The translations under genes were made by a program, and so were the position numbers. From Craspedostauros australis (taxonomy: Eukaryota), in the NCBI GenBank assembly GCA_030167865.1, contig JALAGF010001124.1:1-54726 (forward strand): a stretch of 54,726 nucleotides of DNA, given 5' to 3'. Shown one piece after another: positions 23,007 to 35,244 of the stretch. How positions within the stretch are numbered: the stretch's first letter is position 1; the number at the start of each line of letters is the position of its first letter. Below the pieces are notes generated by a model. That model was not told the DNA's origin. It worked only from the letters and a program-made list of their open reading frames with translations, and made no database searches.

Positions 23007-26000
23007 CTAGGCATCAAGTTGCCTCTGTGATCCGGTGCGTTTGCTCCATGAACCAACAACCCTGGGGGATGATCGCGACGATGCCGCCAGGCTGCGTCGG
23101 ATGCTGCCCTGGCCGTTTGTCAGAGTGGTGGAGCTGTTGAAGACGGCGCCTTCGTGGCTCCTGCTGCTGCTGCTGTTGGCCCGATGCTCGTACGACGGTT
23201 TGCGGGCGAGCTTGGCATCGAGCGTGCTGGGCGGCGGAGGCTGAGCAACGACAGGAGCTGCTTTGGTTGTACTTGTACTTGTAGCTGTCGTTGTCGTTTC
23301 TGCCGCCGCATCATGACCATCCTCATTCTGTCCATCCTTGCGTTTCATGGTGCTACGCCACGTCGCGAGCACCTGCTCATGATGACGGAACGAGTGTTCC
23401 ATCAATCCAACACTTCGGAACTTGTTGTGCATAGCCTCAAGCCTTGCTTCGTCATCCCCGTAGTTGCCTGGACGCTTCACCACACCTGGACGCATCTTGA
23501 AGGATCTGTGCTTCTTCGGCGCATCTTGCGTGGCCGGCTGTTTTGCTTGCTTCGTTGCTTGGACAGTTGGGACAGGATCGGAGGATGCCACGGATTGTTG
23601 CTTCGTGCTGATTGGCCGCTCGGCGTACTGTTCCAACACATCGTCGTCATCGTACGAATTCCTCAGGACTGCGGAACTCGCGGCGTACGCACCCAGGTTT
23701 TGCGGCGACACGGGGTGGTTCAGGCTTGTGGGCCTCGACGGCGTTGGAGTCTCCACCGTGGAAGACGCACGACGGTTTTTTTCATTGCTCATGATGCTGG
23801 AATTGACGTCAGCAACATTCACCTTGCGTGGTAGAGCATGCATCTGCTGTCTTCGCTTCGTCACCATCAGATCGGTCCCACTCTGCGTGATCCAGGTGTC
23901 GAAAATGTGACGAGTCACCCACCCTCGCACGTAGCTCTGCAACAGTGCAACGGCATGGTTTAGCTTGGATTCATCACTTTGAACTGTCGCAGAGGTTCCC
24001 TTTGGCTTTGCAGATTTGGAATTGGTTGCTGCTGTTGATTTGGTCGTCTGCTCTGCCTTCGCGCCAAAACTCAGGTGCCTACGCACGTTGTAGCCTCTGT
24101 AGTAGGTTTGGATAGCGACGACTGCTGCCATCATGCACGCGATGCCATCGTCGTCAACGCCTTGCAACGCTGCCATCTGCACAACCGCGTCATCCTGCAA
24201 CTGGCGCTGTCCCTGCTGTGCCGTAGGCATCCGCCGAGAACGATGCATCCTCCAAAGGGATTGGATCTTGGTCGCGCAGTAATGATCCACGACCAACGAG
24301 TCTCGCACCCACCAGCCACGGAAGGCCGCCTGAATTTGGATGGCGGCAACATCGAAGAGCTGGACGGAGAGAGTGTCGACTTCTTGGGCGAGTGATAGCT
24401 GAGCTTTTGCCTCCTTCTCTTGTCTCACCTGTCTTGCTCGTTGCTCTTGCGCTTCTGCGGCTCTCTTGAGTTTTTGCGCTTGTTCCTTTTCGAACTTCTC
24501 CTGTCGCTGCTTTTCAAACACCCTGTTGCGTTCTTCTTCTGCCATCCTTCTCTCGTTTTCTTCTCGCAGCACCCTCTTTTGCTCTTCTTCCTTCAACAAC
24601 CTGTCCTGCTCCTCCTCCAATCTGCGGACGAGCTCTTCCTCCTCTTTGAGTTTCCTTGCCTGCTCTGCTGCCTGCTGTTCTTGCAGATGTTGCATATGGG
24701 CGATTTCCTTGCGCAATTCCAGCTCCTTCTTGGCCAAGTACTGCCGCGCGGTGGTTTGCAGCACGACGGAGGCGACCGATTCAATGAACTCGCGTTCTGC
24801 GTCGGATGCAGGCACGTATGCAGCTTGGTTGGCGTTGGAGTTCATGTTGAGCATGGCTGCGTTTCGATCGCTAGCAGGTGTCGACGCGACATGGAAGTAG
24901 TCCTGTGGTTGATGTTGCTGCTGCATGAACACATTTGGGTCACCGCCGCGCATGGAGCTGTTGTGGCGTTCTGGACTATCAATGGTCTCGCTGTCGGTGA
25001 CGCTGGTGAGGTCTGTTTCCATGGATTCGGACGTGTTGCTCTGCGATTGCCGGATTGGCGACAATTCTTTGCCGAAGTTATCCTTGAAGCTAAGTGTGGG
25101 TGGCAGTTCGGAACTGAACCTTGCCTCCTCCTGGATGTTGGAAGAGATGCGAACGGTCTTGGAGGGCGATCTAAAATCTGTGTTCGCCCTGGATTGGACG
25201 TCCGACCCTGAGGAGTCGGAGATCATCCTTCCCTTGCGCAGAATGGACTTTGGCTTTGTGCTGCAGAGTTCATTTTGTGTTTGCTGCGCAGTCTCCTCCG
25301 AGCGTGGATTCTGCCTGCCTGGGTCCTTCAGGGCAATATCGGCAGAGTTCGCCGATGCTGGTGATGTCGTTTTTGGGAGAGACTGGACATTAGCGTTGGA
25401 AACCTGCTTCTTCCAATCATCCGCATACAAGTTGGCAGCGACCGAAGTGGGCGAGCCGTTGACACGAACAACTGGACCCGAGATGGCCTCCTTGAAGGAA
25501 CCGCTGGGAGTTGTGACTTCATCCGTTCGATTCTGCGGTTGCTTGACGGACGGTGCGAAACGCACCCTGACGGAGCGTTGTGGGGTCTCCATCGCTGAGT
25601 GGGTGTTCTGCGATGTCGTATGACGTGTGGAGGAAGTTCCAACCTCGCTGGACGAGTATCGCAGCCGGGTGGGTGAAAGATGATTGGCTTTGGGCGTTGC
25701 CGGTGCAAAGACTTCCGATGCCGTAGTGGAAAGGATTGGGAAGCTGTCATCGGTCTCCGTGAACGCAGAGGTGGATCTGTTGGGATACTTGGTATCGAGC
25801 TGCCTTGCTACTCTCGCTTTCTTCGTCTGCGCACGCACGAATTCTGATCTATCATCGTAGGTGTTCTCCCGCTGGCTAACGTGGATGGCAGCCTGCGCCA
25901 TGGATTGGTGCGGCGAGGTTGGTGTTGTGGATGAAGGTTGGGGCGAAGTTTCCATTGTATCGGGCGGTGATTGCGATGGGACGGGTGTTTCAATGAATTC

Positions 26001-27784
26001 GTCCACCGCGACCGGAATCGATTCTATTTTGTGCGTTGGTGTTGGTGCTGGTCCCGACGCAGGCGTCGATGGTAGCTGTCGCGATGCTGGCGATGGGGCA
26101 TTATACGAATACGATGAGACGGCAATGTCTGCTGTTGACACGGAAGTTTGAGTGGTGTTTTTGTCGTCAAGGTGAGGGCCACAAGCCAATCTGTTGGGTA
26201 CCAATCTATTGGATGGTGACTTGGATCGTGAGAATGAAGAAATCATGTTCCAAAACCTCCTGGGGCTCTTCCCACGACCCGTTCTGCCCCTCTCGCTCTT
26301 TCCAGGGCTCTTCTATGATTGCAAACGGGTTCAGATGGCAAGCAGTCGCAATGTGCAAGTGCATTGGCGGGTCCATGTGTGATAGTGATCGAATGAGTGT
26401 GTGAGTTTGAGTGAGTTTGAGAGAGCGAAATCCTCATGAAAGACAGATCGACATTGCGGCACTCCTTGTTGGTGGGACCATCACATCAATTTTGATTGGA
26501 ACTCACCGATCTTGACGAACTCCTGGATGATCTTTGTGGGGCAGTTGTGACGCGATCATTTGGTGTCGCTGGATTTTGCTCCACTTGATACGCATTCATG
26601 TTCGCAGCTGCATCGTTGTAGCTGGGAGCATCATGTTGATTCTGGTAGTTGTGCTGTGCCTGGTTCTCGGCACTCCCAAAGCTACCGCTTCCCTTCGTTC
26701 TGAGAATGGAGATGTTGAGGATGCGATCCTTCCTTTTCTTCTTTCCGTAGGTGTACTTCTTGTCCTTGCGTTGCCTCACATCCTGGTCGGTCTGCTGCTT
26801 TCGCAAAAGCTCTTGCTGTGACATGCCCGTGTGGATACTGCCCTGATCATTGTTGGCGCGGCCATTACCGTACATGATGAGGTTGTTTCTGACGCCCTCG
26901 TCTGCAGATGCTGATGCCGATGTTGGCATTGTGCTCATTTCATTATGATGGGAGGAACCAACGTCTGCGGAACTGGAGGCATGCGGCTGAGGTTGCATGG
27001 AGTGCAGGGGACGTCGTGGCGTGGTGGGTCCGTCGTTGGCGTGGTACGTCTGCTGCTTGGCTCTCTGAGTCTCGAGATAACGCAGCCGACGCCTTTGGTA
27101 ACCGGTAGAGTCGGTCGACTTCGTTTGACGCAACGTCGTTGAAGATGGCGAGCCAACATCTTGCGACTGCACAGAATTCAAGTAAGCTTGCGAACGTGTT
27201 TGCGAATGCAATCGATCTGGCGTTTGCGTCTTGACCAGCATTTGCATTTGTGAGCTGGTGTGTCTGCGCTGATATTGCTGATATTGTTGCTGCTGTTGCT
27301 GTTGTTGCTGCTGCTGATAACGTGGCTGAGCCGAGAACGCAGAAGCGCCCGATGAGACATATCGACGACCCTCCGTCGATGTGATGCGATTGGGCGAAGG
27401 GTTGATGACAGCACGTGCCTCGCTGTGCATTCCAAAGGACGATGTGGACGAACGATTGCGATACTGAGGCCTCGCATCCGCGCTATGCACCCTGGGATGT
27501 CTGAGAGAGCCGCTGCCGGAGATGCTGCCATCCATGCCGATGTGTCGGTACGATCCTTGTCGGCTCTGTCCCGGAGCAGGGCTGCTGCTGATACTGGCCA
27601 CGCCAGCGTGCATCTTGCGTTCACGAGATCTCCCCCTCTGCATTGCGCCGTTGCGCTGATCAGCAGCGGCAGCAGCAGCTTCGTTCCATCTTGGAGACGT
27701 TCGCGGATACATCGACATGGACGGTGGCATTGATGGTGACATGGAGGTTGGTGTCGATGATGATATCGAAGATGATGGCGTCAT
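23007..27784 (-). CDS. Large IQ-motif (calmodulin-binding) and coiled-coil protein, ~1527 aa, 2 exons
   Basis: Exons 27784-26507 and 26312-23007 (gtgagt...catag, phase 0). IQ-like motifs LQTTARQYLAK, IQAAFRGWWVR, IQSLWRMHRSR, IQTYYRGYNVR, LQSYVRGWVTR. E/K/R/Q-rich helix and polyQ tract. Confidence 0.82.
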
Positions 27785-28903
27785 GTTTGGGTCGAGCTCG
27801 GCCTCCCCTTCGCCTTCTGCCGCTCGACTTGTGCCTCTCCCAATCCGATCAATGTGCTATCTCCACTCCTGCACGATCGGGTTGTTGAGGTGATGAGTTG
27901 TTGGTGTGTTGGCGCTGCACGAGTATGAGTGTGTTGCTCCGACTCTCTCTGGTTGGTTGGGAACGGAGTGGAGTGGAGTGGGTCAGTCACACCTTGTTTG
28001 ATGGTTTGCTTGTCGGAGCGTTCTTTCTCCACAAAACGGGTTGACTGTCAATACAAGCGCGGGTATGGCAGGTGTTGCCCCTTGGTAGCCGTCTGCAAGG
28101 ACAGCCTGTTCGATCCACATGGACGAACAGCCTGGCGCTGAGGGAATACGACTACTCTCACCAAACCACTCCCGTCAAGGGCTGCCATTCGGCGCCAGTT
28201 GGATGCTTCCATGTGTCGGTGGTGTGCCTCCTCTCTCTCTCCTTTGATGCCGCGCAACGCCGCCCGCGACCCTGCCACTCTCATGGTTTTGATTTGGCAT
28301 TTGTATCCGACTTTGTGTGTCGTGCAACCCCTGTTCACATGATTGCTTTTTTGGCCATCTCTGTCAAATCGATCGGTCTTGGAGGCAAGCTACCATACAA
28401 AATATTGATTCTTGAATATACATATATCAATACAACATGGTGGGAACGTCACGTTGAAGTCGTGTGGGATCACGAATGACTCTTTGTGTAAGAACCGACA
28501 TCTTAAAATTGGACAATAAAACCTCTATTCAACTATCATATAACGCTCAAGCAACGTCGACATGCATTCAAAACCCAACAGCGCACTGTGGCCAATTGTG
28601 AGAGGTCGCCACCTCGACTCCGCCATCTCTTCGTCGCCAATTCATGGTGAATTCGTCACCATTTCATCATCGGCCACCTGTCAACTCATCGCCGACTCTC
28701 CAACACCTCTGGAAGGATGAGAGAACATTGGGAGTACATGCCATACTCTATTAGTATAATAATAGTAATCGCGGGTGTCAAGCATCTAAGTTCCTGACAA
28801 TGCTTTGGTATCGCATGCTTTCTCATATTATAGGGTGCATGCTCTGAGATGAAGTTCGATCACTACCAGAGCGTCATCGCCAACATTCTATTATTCAACG
28901 ACT

Positions 28904-29773
28904 TCACTTCGTGGCCCGGGTCGACATCCAGGTGAGGATGTCGGTCTTGATCTCATCGAACAACGGGGATGGTTCGCACATCAAGGCGTGCATGGCCTTG
29001 TAATGCTTCTTGGTCTTGTCCTTCGAGGGGCTCTGGGCGAACAGCTCCTCGCTGCCTTCGTTCTTCACGACGACGTCCTCATCGGCAACCAGCACCAGGA
29101 AGGGGCAGGTCACCTTCTCGAACACCTTGCGCAGGTTGACCGTGATGTCCACGCAGGTCAGGGCCGATCCCACGCGGATGTTGTTGCCGGAGATGGACAG
29201 CTCGTCGTTGTCGCATTCGGCGCGTTTCGTAGGGTCGCGGGCCTGCTTCTCCGACGACGTGGAGGAGCTGGGGATCAGCAACGCCGTCGGCAGGACGTAG
29301 GAGAGGCATCCCAGCAATCCATGCTCCAGGCCGGAGACGCCCAGCTTCAGCATGGGTGCCAGAAGGACCACGCCCGCGACGGACTCCTGACCGAGACGCT
29401 GCGACACGGACAGGGCGATGGCCCCGCCCATGCTGGATCCGACGAGGAAGAGGGGCAGGTCGCTGTTGTCTGGGAACAGTCCCTTGGCGAACTTGGCCAT
29501 CTCCACGCCAAGCTCGATCATCGAATCCGCGCTCTTCACGTACCCGCGCAGTCCGGAAGACTTGCCGTGGCCGGGAAAGTCAACGGCGACCACCGCGTAG
29601 TTCGCCTCGGCCAAGAATTCCGCCGCGTACCGAACGGTTGGGAAGTTGCCGTGCGCCAGGAAGCCATGGTAGATCACGGCCAGGGCAATGGGCTTGCCAT
29701 TGGCGCCATCCAAATTCCACGTCGTGGCGTGACAATCCTCGCCGCAGATCGTTGTTTTCGTTTCGGATCCCAT
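28904..29773 (-). CDS. Alpha/beta hydrolase, monoacylglycerol lipase/lysophospholipase-like
   Basis: YHGF, DFPGHGKSSG, nucleophile elbow GSSMGG, LLAPM, probable catalytic Asp (ADEDVVV) and His (AMHALMCEP). Confidence 0.9.
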   Translation of the reverse strand: MGSETKTTICGEDCHATTWNLDGANGKPIALAVIYHGFLAHGNFPTVRYAAEFLAEANYAVVAVDFPGHGKSSGLRGYVKSADSMIELGVEMAKFAKGLFPDNSDLPLFLVGSSMGGAIALSVSQRLGQESVAGVVLLAPMLKLGVSGLEHGLLGCLSYVLPTALLIPSSSTSSEKQARDPTKRAECDNDELSISGNNIRVGSALTCVDITVNLRKVFEKVTCPFLVLVADEDVVVKNEGSEELFAQSPSKDKTKKHYKAMHALMCEPSPLFDEIKTDILTWMSTRATK

Positions 29774-30307
29774 CGTGGAAGGTTGGCTTTTGGTAGAGCG
29801 TTGTGCTGTGCTGTAGAATGGAGGAGACTACAAGTTTGCAACTGCCTCTGCTGTGCTCTGTCGATGTCCTTGCGTATCTCGCTGTTCTCGAGTACGACTA
29901 TGGTGCGCAAGACCGCTCAACTTATCCTGCTCGGTTGCCTTGTTGCTTGTTTGTGTTCATGTTTGGGAACAATCTTCGCTTTGTGCCGAGGGCTCGTATC
30001 GTGTTCTCATCCGTCCACGATCCTCACTGTACTTGTTGTTCCACAAAGATGACACGCAGTTTCAGAACGCAAAAACAGACTTGTTCGCATCGATTCTCTT
30101 TGATTCAGACACGACTCTCGTGTCACGATCCAGTCTTGGATACGGTTTCACGCGTCCAACCACCAATCAACCAACGCCGACCAATCACCCATCAGTCACT
30201 CGTCACCACCTGACCAGACCAACAAAGAGACAGCAACCCGACTTCTTCCATTCATCCATCTATCACATCCATCACATCACATCACAATCCACTGCATTCG
30301 ACGAACG

Positions 30308-31906
30308 ATGAAGCCCATCTCTGGTGACGCAAGCAAACGAAGATGGCAACAGATCTTGCAGATTGACACCATCAGCACACAAGCATCAAGCCTGCCAACG
30401 AGCAGGAAGTCGAGCGACGATGATCCGTTTGATTGCAAGCCTTTTCGATACCGCAACACCACCGATCGCATCATCAGCCACATGGAGACGGCGGTAAAAG
30501 AATGGAAGAATCTAGATGAACGCAGGCTGGAGCGCCAATGGAAGCGCAAGAAATCCGGGCGTGTCAGGTTTGAGGCGACGCCCGCCGAAAGCGCTGGAAG
30601 TGCCGTCGCTGCTGCTGCAGGAGCCACCAGCGCGAGTACTGACATAGTCAACGCGGCGGCCCCGGCCACAACGCACGAAGCGACGGCGCCGACCGCACAA
30701 CGAACTTCACAGCAGGATCAAGCCGAACGAGAGTACATGCAGCGCAAGAGAGCGGAGCTGAAACGAAAGACGAGGAGCGTTCCGTACGGTTGGGGAGAGT
30801 ACTCGTCCGAGGAGCGATTGAAGTTGCCGCCAGGATTCGATTACCAGACCAAACGGGCAAGGCCACCCAGCGACCAGGAAGTAGAGGAGCTGTTGGATGG
30901 TCAATGCATCGATCGCGTGGTGGACCTCAACGACCCGACGGTGCAGCTGTCGTATCATCAGGAACTGTGGAAGATATTCCAAAGAATGCCGACCATGGAA
31001 GAGATCGAAGCGACTCACAAAGATCAATCTTTGATTTCCAATACGGAGGCCATGATCAAGGAGATGAATGAAGGCCTGGACGGCAACACCCGGTTGGATG
31101 GGCATGCTGTGTCGAGATTGCGATCGTCGGACCGACATGGCCTACCTCCCCCGCCTTCTAGCTCTCCGCGCATCAGCACCGTGAAGTTTGAGTTCCTGCG
31201 AAGGCAGCCAAAACGTGGAATCAATATCTCTCACAACCGAGCAGTCGTGGAATTCAGATGCGATCAGACCTTGCAGGATGTTCATGATTGTGTTGTCGAT
31301 ATGACTGATGACGATTTGTGGCTTCACGACCAGCACATGAAGTCAAGCGGCAGCACGCCCATGCAGTCGGATGGATTCTTCTTCATCGAGGACACGTTCT
31401 TCGTCACCGATGGGGTGGACTACTCCAAACCGATTCACCGGTGGATGGATGGCCTGAGCCCCACACCAATGTGCGCGCGACGCCTGTACCTTGGGATTTC
31501 GATGGACAAGACTCTCACCACCAAACCCATGAAGCATGCACGGCTTGGCGATCTCAAGCTTCGGTTTGGCATTCGGTATCATCACTGCCATCATGGAGAC
31601 TTGGAAACGACTATGTTCGTAATAGACATGCGCTACTCCCACAAGGCCGAAATTGCCTACCCCATCATCTACGATGCCTTCCGGCCCCTCGCTACGACCA
31701 TGGTATGTGGCGCTTGCAAACTCCTCCCGCCCACTCACATCACATCATCACATTGTGCCATCACCCACGGGCAGAAACAGCTCTGCCAAAGGTGCTGCGT
31801 CCAGCTCAAGCTCGACCCCAACGACAAGACGACAGTGCAGCGCATCAGTTCCTGGAGGAATCAAGCAGATCTGTCGTCTTACTCGAGTCGAGAAAAGCAC
31901 TTTTGA
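30308..31906 (+). CDS. SNAPC3: snRNA-activating protein complex subunit 3 (SNAP50)-like
   Basis: DQTLQDVHDCV, GFFFIEDTFF, RLGDLKLRFGIRYHHCHHGDLE, YPII, and CGAC...LCQRC zinc ligands match the SNAP50 C-terminal domain pattern. Confidence 0.78.
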   Translation: MKPISGDASKRRWQQILQIDTISTQASSLPTSRKSSDDDPFDCKPFRYRNTTDRIISHMETAVKEWKNLDERRLERQWKRKKSGRVRFEATPAESAGSAVAAAAGATSASTDIVNAAAPATTHEATAPTAQRTSQQDQAEREYMQRKRAELKRKTRSVPYGWGEYSSEERLKLPPGFDYQTKRARPPSDQEVEELLDGQCIDRVVDLNDPTVQLSYHQELWKIFQRMPTMEEIEATHKDQSLISNTEAMIKEMNEGLDGNTRLDGHAVSRLRSSDRHGLPPPPSSSPRISTVKFEFLRRQPKRGINISHNRAVVEFRCDQTLQDVHDCVVDMTDDDLWLHDQHMKSSGSTPMQSDGFFFIEDTFFVTDGVDYSKPIHRWMDGLSPTPMCARRLYLGISMDKTLTTKPMKHARLGDLKLRFGIRYHHCHHGDLETTMFVIDMRYSHKAEIAYPIIYDAFRPLATTMVCGACKLLPPTHITSSHCAITHGQKQLCQRCCVQLKLDPNDKTTVQRISSWRNQADLSSYSSREKHF

Positions 31907-32247
31907 TTTGGTTCTCCGGTGGCGCGATCTATCGTACACATATGTACACCGAATTGGAGCAGATCAGAATGGAGCAGAGCGCTTGAGTTTTTTCGTGGAG
32001 ATCTTCAAGTTGCAGAGACATAGTACAATGGCAGGCACAGTCGTCTGCGAAGGGCACGGTACATGAAGTTGTCGCAAGCAAACATGACTCTGCAACAGTT
32101 CACGAAGGTTGTATTTTGTGTCGTTATACTACTCTACAAAAGAGAATGCTCAGTTTCATGCACGGCTCTATTCGAGCAACACATGCGCTCGCCTCTACCC
32201 AGGCGAAATTCGTTTGTCGCAACCAGCTCTCTTGAGGCTGCCTGCGA

Positions 32248-34463
32248 CTACGCCTCAAATTCGTCTTGGAAACCCTGCAATTCGAAATGCAGGTTTGCCT
32301 CAGTTACGTCCATCTTGTGCTCGTCTTCTTCGAATTCGCTCCCTGATTGACAGCTGCCTCCATCGCCATCGTCGTCGTTGTGGTCATCGCTTTCGTCGCA
32401 ATCGTGATAATTGCCGACTGTTGTGGACCGCTTCGTCGCCGGCTTGCCTCGGAAAGCGTATATGACGGCCACGATTCCGATAACCGCACTGAAGACGTAA
32501 ACCATCGTTGTTCCAGATGATGCAATGCCCATCCGCTTCTTGCCCGATCCATCTTCAGTCAACATGCTATCAACGCACGGCCTCGCGTGTGCTTTGTACT
32601 CCCCGTGTTGCCACAAGCCACCCACATCGTCGCAAGAAACACCCATGCATGAGTAGGTGCGTTCCAGAGCATACTTCACGGTGCGGAAATCAAAAGACGA
32701 GTCACGTGCCTCATTCAGTCCCATGTTCTCCTCCAGCAAGGTGCCGGCAGTTGGATCGCAGGATGCGACGAATGGAAGTAGCGATGCTACGAAGGTGGCG
32801 CCACGGACCTGATCGTTTGCATTGCCTTCTGCGTCGGCGGCGGGGAAGTAGTACTTCAAATAGGCAACCTGCAAGGTGCCCTGGATGAGGGGGACCTTCA
32901 TCAGGTCGACGATCTTGTGCTTCGTGGCTCTTGCATCTTGGCAACGTCTGGCATCCAGTTGCTGCTTTGCCTGCGTGAATGCGTCCAAGATTTGCTGATT
33001 GGCGGACGACATTCCCACGGGCATGTCGCCTCCATCTCCGCATGTTCGAAAGAGCTTGCACATGGCATCGGCCAGATCGTACAGGAACACGCCTTCGCCT
33101 GAGTCTGTTCCCGATCGCAAGCTGCCAGCATACGCGGCCACCGCTTCATCCCAAGGCTCCACCGGTTGGGTGCAATCCGAATGACAGCGCAGCTCGCATC
33201 TGCCGATGGCTTGCTCCATCTTCATGACCACAAACATCCAGAGGTTCAGCACCTTGGTTCCCAATTGGAGTGCCACGGCCCTATTTTCTTTGTCGTATCC
33301 CACGAAATTGGCATTTCCGGCATCCAACTTTGTGATCCCACCTTCCATCGCGGACATGACCCAACGATCGGCGTAGTCAAAGGATCCGTAGTACAAGAGA
33401 AATCGTTCGAAGTCCTGGAAGGAGCATGTGAAACAATCATCGATCATACTCTGTGCGTTGGTGCTGGTGGATCGCAGCGTCAATTCGTTGAAGTTGTCGT
33501 GACGGGTGTCGTAGGAGTATTCGTATGTATGAGGCACGTCACCCTTGCCACCTGCTGGGTACACGAGCTGGACCGTTCCTTTCGATGCAAAGCCTTTTGT
33601 CGACGAATTGACATGGCGTAGATTGCACAGTGCATCGCAATGTGTACATGTGTCAATGTGTGGTGATGCAATGGTGAAGTCCGCAAAGGTGAGAGAACAA
33701 GTTGGAACATTGACTCGTACAATTGGAGGATTGCTGGCCGACGATGAATGAGACGACGATGGCGAGTGTCGTTCAATATAGAATTTCTGTTCTTGGCATT
33801 GTCGTGAAGGGCGGATACCCATAGCACGATACGAGTGCATGCAGTTCTTCCAATCTCGCTTGACTTCAACGTGGAAATAACAATCCGAGAGAAGATGACA
33901 CAAGTTGCGATGAGACGAACAAGAGCGCACTCACATCCTTGCCGATTCGCAGCGCTGATCTCAATCAAACCACCGACCTGACAGTTGACGTAGCTTGCCT
34001 GGTTGCCCGTCGTGTTGTATCGCACGATAATCCGTGGCGATTCGTCTTTCTCCTTGTGTTTCCAGTTCTCCAACCGAATGATCTCTCCTCGAACACCCAT
34101 CTCAGAATCCGCTGCGCCCAGAACCACCATACCTGGCCGTATCCGCGTGTAGTCTGCGCTCGACATGTTGTGCAAGGACAGCCGAGCCAAAGGCGATGCA
34201 TGTCCACCGTGCTTGTACAAGGTCTTGGCGCGCCCGAAGTGCATATGGCCCAGTTGGTCCTCCAACTCGACTTGATCCAAATCCAACGCCGCCACACCCG
34301 TGACAACCGACGTTGGTTCGTATCCTGCGATGGGATCATTGATCTTGGCAGAGCTATCATCCATCGCCTGCACCACATCATTCATCATGAAGTTCGCGAG
34401 CAGCACCATGGCTGCTGTGGCTACGGTGCATTCTCTGCGCCATGGTCGATGCTGCCGCCCCAT
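32248..34463 (-). CDS. FEA1/ISIP2a (phytotransferrin)-like membrane-anchored protein, paralog A, ~624 aa, 2 exons
   Basis: Exons 34463-33935 and 33593-32248 (GGA T|gtgagt...aaaag|GC, giving GCF). Motifs IAGYEPTS, LDLDQ, YYGSFDYADRW, WDEAVAAYAGS, PLIQGTL, GATFVASLLP, YSCMGVSCDDVGG. C-terminal TM and acidic tail. Confidence 0.75.
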
Positions 34464-35244
34464 CGTGGAAAGTACGATGTTCTCTGCTATTCGTACCAAC
34501 GGTAGTGTCCGCTCTCTCGGTCGATCGTCTCGACGTTGTGGGCTTCACCTCGTCGTTCAATTCTTTCGCCCACTTTTCGCGCAATGTCCATTCGTCCCAA
34601 CAATCAAATTGCCCTGCTGCCAGAAGAGATCTCTCCTTGCATGGTTGTTGAGCCATAGTCTCTCTGGAGCGCTAATGATGCCCGACCACAACCCAAAGGA
34701 ACAATTCCAGTCCAGAGGTGAGATGTCCCATTGTCCGCGTTCGTTTTGTGAGGAGGTTCGAATCGTGTGAGATGAAAATTTGGGTGCGTTGGGTCTTCTA
34801 TTTTCGGTACTGAGACAGTCCCTCACAATCCTCAGTGCGTTGTTCGTCCCGCGATCATGTCCACAGGTGGACGGAGTGAGAGTGCTCATACTGAGCCAGT
34901 CTCGGACGAGTCCATACTCGTACAAACGAGGACGCTTCTATGCGCATATGATCATTGGAGATGGAGGAGGCTTGTTGGCTGCGTGGCAGCATCAGCGACT
35001 TCTCTTTCACTTTCGTCCGGCGCAAAAGCAGTAACGCAGTGCGCAGTCATTGGTGAACAGCGCGGAATGCAGCGACCGACAACCATCGTAAATTGAATGC
35101 GAAGCTTGCTGTGAGATGCTTGTTGTTATACAGTATTGATCGACGACTGTCTATGTACTGGAGGCCGACCTGGAAATCACGAGGGCTCCCCCACTTCCAA
35201 TTCAAACAGGTTCGGCAGAGTAGAGGACAACGATTCCTCGTGTT

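Noticed and set aside
24420-25623. Long plus-strand ORFs (263 aa, 232 aa)
   Set aside because: Antisense to the coiled-coil and Ser-rich parts of the IQ gene. The Leu/Phe-rich translation mirrors Glu/Lys codons.
28988-30052. 354-aa plus-strand ORF
   Set aside because: Antisense shadow of the GC-rich lipase gene, with no motifs.
34750-34770. GGTTCGAATC T-loop-like motif
   Set aside because: No T-stem or cloverleaf pairing around it, so not a tRNA.
34781-34850. TPP-riboswitch-like 5' half (GGGTGC...CTGAGACAGTCCCT)
   Set aside because: The 3' half (ACCTGA, P5 stem with TAAT loop, GCGTAGG) is missing, it lies antisense to the flanking genes, and no thiamine gene is nearby.
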